Source: Hyaloraphidium curvatum SAG 235-1
Lineage: Eukaryota > Fungi > Monoblepharomycota
Reading direction: 5' to 3'
DNA length: 64,000 bases
Assembly: GCA_025558095.1 (NCBI GenBank)
Contig: JAIVFI010000037.1
Location: forward strand, 186,001-250,000
In this document: one piece after another, positions 1 to 10,579 of the stretch
How the letters are laid out: each line of letters opens with the position of its first letter
Numbering within the stretch: position 1 is the stretch's first letter
The notes under the pieces: model-generated
What the model was told of the DNA's origin: nothing
Databases searched by the model: none
The model's input: only the letters and a program-made list of their open reading frames with translations
Position numbers and translations under genes: made by a program

Positions 1-965
1 TCTGGCCGCACAAGGCGGGCAGGAAGATCCTGCTGGTCGACGGTAACGCACCCCCGCTGGGCCCGCTCACGCCTCCCGGCTGGGACGTCGAGGAGGTGCG
101 ATACCCGCCCGGCCTGGACGGCGTGGGCGGCTGGCTGCGCTCGCAGTGGGTTGCCGCCAACGCCGACGTCCTCTCGCGCTCCGGGGCCGAGTTCCTCGCC
201 TTTCTGGACGCCGACTCGCCGCTCGCCCTCAAGGTCACCCCCGATCTGCTGTTCGACGCCGCGGGACGCGTGCGGGTGATTGGCAACTACGCGTGGCAGC
301 AGCGCCTCTGGGCCCCGTCGTTCAGGTTCTACCTCAACGACAGCGCGGGCACCATGGCGCCCTACATCAACTCGATGGTCTTCCTCCCGCAGGTGTTTCC
401 CCGGGCGATGCTCCCCGCCGCGCGGGAGTTCTACTCCTCCCTGCACGCCGGCCGCCCGGACGTCGCCGAGCTGATGAAGCGGTGGAGCGCGACCACCAGG
501 GACCCGCACATGTCCTTCTTTGCCCTCTTTGCCCACTTTGCGCTCGCATCCCCGCGGTGGAAGGACCGCTTCTTTTTGGTGGACGAGAACCGCGACGCCC
601 CCGTGCTCCGCTCCGCCGCGCACCTCCCGTACCAATCCTGCTACCTGCGCAGGCTGGCACCGGGGTTCGCCAGCGCGGTGATAATCGCCGGCGTGAGGCA
701 CAAGCGGTACGACTACGCGGCGTACTACGCCGCCGCGAGGGAACTCCTCCTCTCGGGGGCGTGCGCTTCCGTCCCCGCGGGCAGCGTCCCCGCGTGCGCG
801 CGGGTGGAAGCGCCGGATGTCGAGGATGCGAGGAACTTCTGGTGGGAGTATTCGGCCGAGAACTGGTGGCCCAATGCGACGGCCGCGGGAGGGGGGTTCA
901 GGGGGGCGTGGGACGCGCATTTCGCGCCTCTGCACGCCAAACTGAGGGAGCTGATGGGGCCATAG
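1..965 (+). CDS. 5'-truncated glycosyltransferase-like protein (DxD motif, DUF6492-like)
   Basis: Frame is open from the window edge (WPHKAGRKILLVDG...) to TAG at 963-965. GWLRSQW...AD...AEFLAFLDAD resembles GT-A fold/DUF6492 proteins. Confidence 0.5.
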   Translation, partial: WPHKAGRKILLVDGNAPPLGPLTPPGWDVEEVRYPPGLDGVGGWLRSQWVAANADVLSRSGAEFLAFLDADSPLALKVTPDLLFDAAGRVRVIGNYAWQQRLWAPSFRFYLNDSAGTMAPYINSMVFLPQVFPRAMLPAAREFYSSLHAGRPDVAELMKRWSATTRDPHMSFFALFAHFALASPRWKDRFFLVDENRDAPVLRSAAHLPYQSCYLRRLAPGFASAVIIAGVRHKRYDYAAYYAAARELLLSGACASVPAGSVPACARVEAPDVEDARNFWWEYSAENWWPNATAAGGGFRGAWDAHFAPLHAKLRELMGP

Positions 966-1089
966 GGGGGAGAAGCGGGGGAGCAGACGCCGGTGCCGGT
1001 GCGTGTTGGACTGGCAACACATCGGCTGCCCACGGTCCGTAGCCCCAGCATCCCGCAGCACGCCATCCTCCCGCCCCAATGTCCCCGCC

Positions 1090-1608
1090 CTACGCGCCCG
1101 CAACCTCCCTCTCCATGATCCACAGCGTCTCCCTCCCCTCCGCATCCGCGAACCCCTCGGAAAGGTAGAGCGCCCTCGCGCCCGCGTTGGCCCTGTCCAC
1201 CGAGAGCCGCACCCGCGGCACCCCGTTCTCCCGTGCCTCGGCGAGCAGCCTCCGCACGACGGCGCGTCCGATCCCGGCGCGGTGGCACAAGGGGGACACG
1301 GCGACGCCGAGCCAGACGTGCCCGCCGTCGGGGTCCAGGTGGCCGTACCCGACGCACTCGGGGGGCCCTTCCGCGTCCCGCAGCGCAAGCACGGTAACCA
1401 GCTGCCCGGCCAGCGCGGTGTCAAACTCGCGGCGGGCAAAGTACCGGAACGCGGGGAGCGCGGCGGCGTTCGAGGGCGGGGAGAAGAGGAACGCGCGGAG
1501 GGCGGCGAGCAGCGCGGCGCGGGCGGGGTCGGGGGCCGGCGGGAGCAGCGCGAGGCGGATGCCGGGTGGCGCGGAGGGATCCGGCGGTGGCGCGTTTGGG
1601 GATGCCAT
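1090..1608 (-). CDS. GNAT family N-acetyltransferase
   Basis: Motif A (LGVAVSPLCHRAGIGRAVV) and motif B (LSVDRANAGARALYLSEGF). ATG at 1608. No intron seen. Confidence 0.85.
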   Translation of the reverse strand: MASPNAPPPDPSAPPGIRLALLPPAPDPARAALLAALRAFLFSPPSNAAALPAFRYFARREFDTALAGQLVTVLALRDAEGPPECVGYGHLDPDGGHVWLGVAVSPLCHRAGIGRAVVRRLLAEARENGVPRVRLSVDRANAGARALYLSEGFADAEGRETLWIMEREVAGA

Positions 1609-1837
1609 GAGGCGTGGCAGAGCCGGACGGCCGAAGGACGCAGCGGACAATTGGCCAAGGGATTCGCTGGCGCCCCATTGTGCTCCCCCCACGATCGAAC
1701 GGGATCACGGAAGGGGAGGTGCGCACGGTCGTGGATACGGTGGTGGGCGGCTGTCGAATTGGCATGCGAGGGGACGGGGCGGTGGAGCCGGCGCGGATGT
1801 TGAACGCAATTGAATCGTAGCCGGCAAGGCGATCGAT

Positions 1838-4105
1838 CTATTTCGAACCCCGGCCCGAGACCCTGATGCTCTTTGTCCTGCTGTAGCTGGACGTCGGGCG
1901 GCTGCCCGCATCGATCGGGGTGCCCGCAGCGCCGTCGTCCGCGTCGTCGTTAGCGGCGGGGCCCCGGATCCGATCCAGCTCCTGCACGATGTCCTCGAAG
2001 GATGGCCGCTCCAGCGGGTCCTGCGCCCAGCACCGCTGAATCAGGGCCCAGATGTCGTCTCCGATGCCGTAAGGGCGCGTAGGCCGTCCCCCGCCCGTAA
2101 GAAAGGCCGCGATATCAGAATTGCTCCAAGTACCATGGGGCAGCGGCTTCGCCCCACGTGATGCGACTTCAAACGCCACCATGGCAAATGCGAAAACATC
2201 TGATGCTCCATGCGGCGCGGTTCCGGCAACGTAGAGCTCCGGCGCGATGTACCCGGGTGTGCCGCCTCGGACTTCGTCCCCCCCGGCGGTTGCCGTGATG
2301 CGCGACAGCCCAAAGTCCGCCACGAGAGCCGCCCCGCCGTGATCCACGAGAATGTTGGCGGGCTTGAGGTCGCTGTGGACGACGCCCTGCTTTTGCAGGG
2401 CCGACATGCCCTTGGCCACATCCTGGAGCAACTTCAGGCCCTTCGAGAGGTCCCAACCGTGGCGTTCCAGGTAAGAACGGAGATTTCCGTTCTTAATCAG
2501 GTTCGAGATTAGCATCGGCTGTGGCTCGAGGCAGAATGCCATGAGAGGAAGCACTGTTCGTGATCAGGCCCAAGTGGCGGAAGTGCTGCATGTCGGCTCA
2601 CCATTCGGGTGGTTCCCAACACGCTCCCACACGTTGGCTTCGTGCTGCACCATCTCTAACAGTTCCGCGGGATCAACGTCAATGGTACGGCGGGGGCGGA
2701 CAACCTTGATGGCCACGTCCGTTGTCCCGAACAGCTTCCCCACATAAACCTCCCCAAAGTTTCCCTCTGCAAAAGGCGGCTTTGTTCTGTCAAACGTTAT
2801 TTCTGAGGCGTTCACAAGGAGGAGCGTTTTTCGGTCTTTGAGCAGCCTTTTCTCGCGAGCTGCCAATGCTTTTGTTAGGCAGTCCTTCATTGCACGGATT
2901 CTTTCCAGCTGCTCTGGCCCAAGGACGTTGAAACGATTCTGCTCAAGATATTCCAGATGCTCCATTGACTCATCAATGTCCACTCGTTCATGATGGTCCA
3001 GGAGATAGCCAATCACATCGAAGCCATCCCCGTCATTTTCATCTCCATCATCACTTGACCCGCATTGGAGACCCCCAAATTTACGATTCCAGAGACGTTG
3101 GCGTTGACAAAAGGGGTCCTTGGAGTTCCAATGGTGATTTCTGGTGCTCTCAATCGCCAACATCAGAGGTGTTTGTCCGTCAACATTCCGTGCCCTGAAA
3201 TCGACCTTTTCACAGGCCATAAAAGCACTTAGGAATTTTTCGAATTGTGCCTTGCTTCGAATGGCTTCACCAAACGCCGAATCAGAACTGAACAAGGTGT
3301 GCAACGGTGTGTTGCCCTCTCCATCTCTACAGTTCACATCAAGGGTCGGATACTTGTCCGCGCGATCCAAAAAGAACTTGGCAACTTCCAGGTGCCCGTT
3401 CTGAACAGCCAGGTGCAAAGGTGAGACGAAAACAGTGTGCCGGTTACAGTTGACGTTGCCATCAGAGTACTTCGGAATTAGCAGCTTGAGAACTTCCAAG
3501 TGCCCGTGCTCACAAGCTAACGTGATTCCTTTCGCTACAGCGGCCTTCAATCTGCCAGCTTTGACGTACTTGATGAGCTCGCTCACAGCTTCCAGGTCAC
3601 CAAATCGGCAAGCGCGGGAGAAATCTTTCTTCAGGCGATGTCGTTGCCACAAAACCCGCAGCTCGAACTCGGTCGGCTCTCTGTCACTGAGGGGTCCTTC
3701 CGAAGTGTCCGTGGCGGTGTCTGGTAGCGAGACCTCATCGCTCCAGTCGTCCTCCGAATCGCTGTCGCTGTCGCTCCCCGAATCGTTCTCGCTGTCGCTC
3801 CCCGAGTCGCTTTCGTTATCATTTCCAGCGCCAATCTCGGCACTCGAGCTCCGGTCTTCGGACGAGCTCTCGTTGCCCGACGATTCCGCGTCGGCGGCGT
3901 CCGCCCGAGCCCTTCTGGCCGTTGTACCCCTAGTGCCCGTCTTGTTGATAGCATGTGCGCGACGTGCCGCCCGTCCGCGGCCGCACGATGGAGCCGAAAC
4001 GCGCGCCGGGGTTGCGCCACCCCGCCGCTTCGAGACCCCGCGGCCGGATGATGCCCCGCGGGAGACGGCGCGTCCTCGGGCGCCGCGGGGTCGCGAGCGC
4101 GTCAT
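1838..4105 (-). CDS. Ankyrin-repeat + tyrosine-kinase-like (TKL) protein kinase, 2 exons (intron 2554-2601)
   Basis: Ankyrin repeats (SPLHLAVQNGHLEVAKFFL, GNTPLH, GQTPLMLA). Kinase motifs EGNFGEVY, VAIK, HSDLKPAN, DFG, GTPGYIAPE. The 48-nt GTGAGC...CTGAT...CAG intron joins the ORFs as HPN-VLPLM. Basic then acidic low-complexity N-terminus. Confidence 0.9.
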
Positions 4106-4538
4106 CGTGCCGCTACGGTGTTTCAGGAACGCCGGGCTCGCGGGGTGGAGGTGCGTCCTCGATTACTCGATGGAAGAGGGACCATCTGGCGTCATCAGGA
4201 CGTACCGACCTTCATATCCCAGGCATCTCGGTCATTCCTTACCTCGTCCTATGAGATTCAAGATCAAACAACTTACTGCAGCCTAACTTCCGCGCCTTGA
4301 ACGTGTTCTAGGATGACGGAGCTCAAAGCAGATTTGATGCGCCGCAGCAGGCGCCAGGTGGAAGTGCGGCCGCAGGCGCAGGTACCCAAGAGTGCTTCTC
4401 ATTGGAGCATTTATCACTTACTCGCGCTTCCGACGTTTCACATCTAAGCTACTGGGTTGCGGAGCTTTACCATCGCTCAGGGTGCACCACGCGTGCCGCG
4501 GCCGGACCGATCACTCGGCCCCTGAACCGCGCACAGAA

Positions 4539-6651
4539 ATGTCGTCTGCGACCACCATTCCCGCGGAAACCGTCGTCGAAACCGTCGTGGACGCGACGGA
4601 GGTGGTGCAGAGCGCGATGCCCGGGATCGCGCCTGCGATGGCGCCCGCTGAGCTCCCCGACGGGGTTCCCTCGGCGTCCCCCTCCGCGGCCGCCCAAAAC
4701 GCGTCTGCGGCGCCTGCTGCCTCTCAGCAAGCTCGCCCTACGATGGTCCGCACCGGCACCGCGCGGTCCGCGTTCCAGCAGGCGCCGCCGCCCACCGAGC
4801 CGCCCGCCGGCGCCGACCCGTCGCTCGCCGCGCCCACAACCGCGCCGGCCGTGATCGAGCCCGTGCCGCCGCTCAACCCCGTGCCAGCCGGCGCGCTGCC
4901 GTGCTTCGGTGTCGTCGATTTCTCCAAGGACGAGGGCGGCGGCGGCCAGTACGTGCTGGGCGCGGACGCCGCCTCGCTCGAGCACTACCTGGCCGAGACC
5001 GCCGCCTTCGAGCGCCAGACCGTGCGCTGGGTGCACCTCTCGTGGGCGCGCGCCGTGGCACAGCGGGCGATCGCGTCGGGGCCGTCCTACCCGCCCACCT
5101 CGGCCGGGTCGGGCAAGGGCTCGGCCGCAAAGGCCTTCTACAACGCCGAGACATCCTCCGCCGGCCTCGACCAGGGCCTCGCCGAGGCCGACCGCATGAT
5201 CCAGCTCGCCCGCTCGCTGGCCACGTTCAAGTCGTCGCGCCCCAAGCCTGCCCGCACCTTCCAAAAGCAGACCCTGAGCATCGACGAGTTCGGCGTGTCG
5301 CTGTCGATCCCCGTGTACGCCGAGGACCGGCTCGGCAAGTCCTTCGCACGCGCCGACACGCCCAAGCGGCGCGCCGGCGGGATCACGCCGCGGCCGCTGC
5401 ACCCGGTGCCGACGGCGATCCAGTACGCCGACCGAACGGGGACCCCCTTCCGCGTGGGTTCGTCGGCAGAGGTCATGGGCGGGCCCGACGTCGAGTTCTC
5501 GGTGCGCGAGTCGGTGCTGGAGGCCCTGTCGCGGATCGAGGGCAGGCTGCTCAAGCGGGGCAGGCTGGAGCTGCGCCTCGAGTTTGTCCGCGGCTGGCGC
5601 GTCGACGACATTCGGAGTACGTAGCTTGGCCTACCACTCCGGCCCGACATGGGCTCATCTGCCCGCCCTCCCAGTGCTGCTCATCACCTCCCTGTCGCTG
5701 CTCGACGACGAGCTCGACGACGACCTCTTCGCCGACCTGCAGGGCTCCATCCTCTCCACCGTCAACCTCTACCCCGACGCCCCCTCTCTCATCGGCGCCA
5801 TCCTCCGCTCCATGCTCGAGGTCTCGGCCGAGGTCGTCACCTTCCTCGAGGAATCCTTCTCCGACGCCGAATCCCTGGTCTTTGCCAAGCCCACGACGAT
5901 ATACCAGCAGGCGCTGACACAGATGAAGGCCGAGCTGCTCGTCGTCCGCAGGGACTACGCGGTCATGAGGACGCAGGTGCAGGCGCTGGCGGGGTTCCTG
6001 CAGGGCGTGGCGCCGTCGGGGTCCGCGTGGTCGGGATCGGTGATCAACCTCGAGTCGATCGCCAACGAGGAGGTGGTGCTCGACTCGCGGCTGGACGCGC
6101 TTATCCAGCGGTGCGACGCCTGCGTGGGCTTGGTCCAGTTCGAGGTGGGCGGCGCGCAACGGCGGCGCGAGGTCCGGCCGCTGAACTCGTTCGGCAGGTC
6201 TCGTACTTCCAAAACAGGATCATGTTCGCCCTGACCGCCGTCAGCGCCGTCTTTCTGCCCGCGTCCTTCTTCGTCACCTTCGTATTCCCCTCCGAGACCG
6301 TGACCATCACCCAAACCGCCTTCTGGATCGCCGTCTTCGGTTCGTCCCTCTCCATGTTCCCCCGCAACCGCGTGCTGATTCGGCCCCCCAGTGATCATGG
6401 TCGGCGTCTCCGTCCTCCTCTTCCTCTTCGTCTCCCCCAAGCGCGTCTGGGAATGGATCGAGGAGTCGCTCTACATCGACGCCGACCGCTGCGCCAGGTC
6501 GACCAACATCTTCTTCACCCGGCTGGGGGAGATGATCGACAAGGACTACGGCGGCGTGGACACGCTCACGAAAGCGAGGGCGCTGGAGCAGGCGGGCGGA
6601 GTGTGGACGGGCAAGGCGGGGGAGGGGAGGAAGGTCGGGAACCTGGTCTGA
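4539..6651 (+). CDS. CorA-superfamily-like membrane protein, 4 exons (introns 5617-5674, 6145-6197, 6340-6391)
   Basis: Three GT-AG introns join the frames. Long helical stalk then QNRIMFALTAVSAVFLPASFF and a second TM helix, matching CorA C-terminal architecture. No GMN motif. Confidence 0.65.
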
Positions 6652-8116
6652 TTCTTTCGTCGGGATACACGCGTGCGGCGGAGTGCATCTCCTCGGCCTA
6701 CGGGAAAAATGGAGCGTCAGTCGTTTGCTTGTGCGGCCCAACCCCGGTTGTCCGCTCCGTTCAATCAGAACGAAACTGTCCACACGAAGATTCGGACATA
6801 TGCTTGTCTCTTTGTTTCGTGGTTGCTTCTCATCCACTTGACTTCGATGCGCCCGCCTCACTCCAGTCCGAGACTCACAGATCAATCTGCGTGACGGGAA
6901 AGGTTCAGCTTCCGTTCCCAAATATCCCCGATCAACCCAGCGATCAGACGATCAGCATTAGCATGGTACTTTCGTTCCCCGGGCGACGGCCATCCCGCGG
7001 GCATTCCGCCGCCCTGCAGACATAGCAGAGTGCTCGTCCCCTCGTCCTTCCCGCCTCAAGGATACCCACAAGGAAACCAGGCTTGAACGGGCCGTGTGCC
7101 GACGACGACCTGCCCGTGAACTTCGGGGAACCGAAAGTCAGCCCACAGCAACATGGAAAGAGAGGAACGCCGCGAGGCTGCGATCAGCGGCGACGACTGT
7201 CGATCGCGCCGTAGTTTTCCTCAGCATCGTTGGCTAAGCACCCAGTGCGCCTTTGGCGCCATCGTTTCGCCGCCCCGCGGTGTGCAAGCCCCGACACTCA
7301 CGTAGCTAGATCACAAGACCCGCCGAAGGAGTTGAAGCCGGCCTGCAGGAGGAGAAGTGAGGTCAGCTAGTGTCCTCGAACCCAATCCCGCCGGCGCAGT
7401 GAGTCTCCGTGTTCAGGTGCGTATGAGCATTTGTCCTCATGTGGTTCGGACGGTAATTCCAGCTTGTGCTTTATGGTTTCATCTCGACACGGCGTCGGGG
7501 GCGCGTTCCGTCGCGCCCCGGCCCGAGGAAGGGGGAGATGCCCACCTATGGCTTCCATCTCGCGGTCCGGCAACACAGACGGCTTTAGCGACTCGAATGA
7601 CGCCATGATGCACCTCTCGAAGTGGCCGCGAACCCGCGTTTCGAACGCCTGAAGAACTGCGGCGGCGAGGACGCGTCAGAGGCAGGCCTCACAACCCCTC
7701 GCCGGCGTCCGCACGCGGCGAAACCGTTCAGGTTCAAATGCAGTTGTGCGTCACGGGGCATCCGAGACTCTAGTTTTGGTTGAACAAGCATCCCGACGGC
7801 CGCATGGCGGTCCGCGGTCGGGGACTCACGTTGGCGTGCTGCGGGCCCGAGGCAAGGCGGCGCGGGGCCGCCGGCGGTGTCGATGGTCAGGGCATCGTGA
7901 TGGAGGGTTGGCGCGGCGGTAGAGGATCTCTGGAGCCCTCTGCCCGTCTTGGAGGGCTTTGTTTGCGATGCCGAAGGGCTTGCGGCCAACTGCCTACGAG
8001 AACCATCGAGAACCAAGGCCCATTTTGAGGCGCCGGACTCTTCGCGCGAGAAATGTTATCTAGAAGGCAGTTCCAACTCGTGTATTGCGGACTGCTGACG
8101 TCAAGATGCCCCCCGT

Positions 8117-9122
8117 TCAAAGCTTGGTCGACGGGTTGAACTTCGGGGTGCGCTTCTCGAACGCGGCCTTGGTCCCCTCCGCCAGCTGGTCCGGCGCGGC
8201 CACGCGGCACATCTTCTGCCCGACGCCCTCCCTCTCGAGAATGACGTCGATGTTCTCCTCGAACCTCAGCCGCATCGTGCGCGTGGTCATGCGGACCGCC
8301 AGCGGCGCCGCCTCGGCGATCTGGCGCGCGATGCCGAGGGCCGTGGGCATCAGGTCCTTGCCGTCGACGACCTGGGCAAAGAGAGGCGCCATGACGGGGT
8401 GCTCGGCGTTCTGCGTCTGGCCGGTGAGGAGGAGGAGGTTGGCGTGCTGGTGGTTGGTGATAAGGGGGATGGTCTGCGTCGCGGCCATGCCGGGGTGGAG
8501 GCCGAGCCTGCAATCGGGAGTGTGAAACGTCAGAAGATGTACTCCACGGAGCATGAAGGCAGAATGTGCCCCGTCTCGTACCCACCGGACAAAGTTGACG
8601 CCGACCTTGGCGCCCTTGGCAGCCACGCGGAGATCGCAAGCCAGGGCAACCGAGAACCCGGCACCGATGGCGGGACCGTTAATCGCGGCGATGATCGGCA
8701 CCTTGCACCGGCGAATGGGGCCGAGGTAGAGGTTGTAGAAGTCGGAGCCTGGTGGGACGTGTCGGTCCCCGAACGCCGGCAAGAGACGCCAAACCCACCC
8801 TCGTACACCTTGTTCGGGTTGCCGGCGAGCGTCTGCCTCGTGCCGGACACGCGGAGGTCCGCCCCTGCGCAGAACTGTTCGCGGGCCGTCCTCAGCCCGG
8901 CACGCCTGCTCCGTCTCCCGGACCACCCACCGCGCGGCCCTCGCCGGTGAGCACGATCGCGCGCACGTCCTCCATCTCGTCCATGCACTTGTCGATGGCC
9001 TCGCCGAAGGCGAAGCCCATGGGCACCGACAGCGAGTTGAGCGCGGACGGGTTGTTGAACCTGAGGATCATCACGTGCGGGTTCTCGGTGTCGGGGGTGA
9101 CGGTGACGAGCGGCTGCGACAT
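8117..9122 (-). CDS. Enoyl-CoA hydratase/isomerase (crotonase) family, multi-exon
   Basis: AIVLTGEGRA|FCAGADL, PIIAAINGPAIGAGFSVALACDLR, LGLHPGMAAT, AFEKRTPKF. Several short introns. Confidence 0.9.
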
Positions 9123-9331
9123 CGTGGCGGTACGGGCGGCGGCGGACGGCGCGATGTGGGTGTGGGGAGGGTCGGGCCGTTCGGCGTGCTGTGAAAAAGG
9201 TCTCCCACGCAAGGCGGCGACGCCAGGACTACCATGAGCCAGACAACGAACCGCACTTGAAGGTCAATGGAATCTAAGATCCGTTCACATCCATACTCAG
9301 CAGCCAATGAGTTCGGCAGCCCGTGCCCCGA

Positions 9332-10364
9332 TCAGATCTTGGCCTTCTTCTTGGCCGCCACCATCTCCGCCCTCCGCTGCTCCAGCCGCTTGGTCGCCAC
9401 CCCCGTCGAGAACCTGCTCGAGAGCGCCGACATGCTCTCGTTGACCGCGTGCACGCGCTTGTCCCTGAGCGGGCCGGCCATGAGCTTCTTGGAGACCAGC
9501 ATCGACGAGTGCTCGTTGACGGCGAGGCGGTCCTGCAGGTAGGCCCGGACGTCGGCGTGGAAGGTGGCTTGCGGGTAGATCCGGCTGCCGAGCTGCTTCA
9601 ATGGCAATGACGACGCCAGCGGGGGAAAACCCACTTGACGAGCCCGAACCGTTCCATCTCCTCGACCGTCAGCTTCCTGCCCAGGATCAGGAACTCGACC
9701 GCGCGGCGGTAGCCCATGCTCTCGGGCAGCATGATGCCCGAGCCCTGCTCCGGGACCAGGCCGAGCGCCGAGAAGGGGACCTGCGCGTAGGCCGTCTCGG
9801 AGGCCAAAACGAGGTCCGCGACGCCGAGGAACCACGCGCAGCCGCCGCCGACCATAGGTCCGTTCTGCACCACATGTTAGAATGAAACCAGATGAAAAGG
9901 GAGACCACGACCAACCAAAGCGAGGGTGAAGAGCTTCGGGTGCTGTGGGTTGGTGGCAGAAGAAGCTGCCCGTGAGACTCTGGCAACGGACCTCCTTCAC
10001 GTCCACCCACGTCGATGATCATCCTCAGCAGCTCGGCGTACCACGCCATGTACGTCCGGTTGTAGACGATCTTGCGCTCGATCTCCGTGTCCGGGATGGC
10101 CTCCCGGTCCCCGAACGCGACCACGTCCGCGCCCGACGAAAAGAACCTCCCCGCGCCGTAGAGCACGGTGAAGACGACCTCGGGGATGCCCTCGATGTGC
10201 CTCAGCGCGTGCTGGAACTCGATGAGGAGCTTGCCACCGAACGCGTTGAGCGACGCGGGCCGGTTGAACATGATCGTGGCGATGGCGCCGTCGATTTGGA
10301 GGACGATGTCGTTGAAGCCCGGTACGGGCGGGGTGGTGAGGATCGATGGGGTGGGGAAGGACAT
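9332..10364 (-). CDS. Crotonase family, probable peroxisomal delta3,delta2-enoyl-CoA isomerase (Eci1-like), multi-exon
   Basis: GRFFSSGADV, NGPMVGGG, PFSALGLVPEQGSG. C-terminus KKKAKI is PTS1-like. Confidence 0.85.
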
Positions 10365-10579
10365 GGTTGGTGCGTCGCTCGGCGCGCGTCCAGGAAGTCG
10401 ATTTCCGGAACTCGGGGGTTCTCGCGGCCCGAGGTAAATGAGACGGCCCTATAGCACGCGGCAACGGTAGCCGCGAGATACGAACGAGGGCGGGAAGCGC
10501 GGGGAGACAGGGCGGAAGTTTCGCTCGGGCCGATGCACTTGCCACTCTGCGCCGCCTGCTCCGGCCCTGGCCCGGTCAG

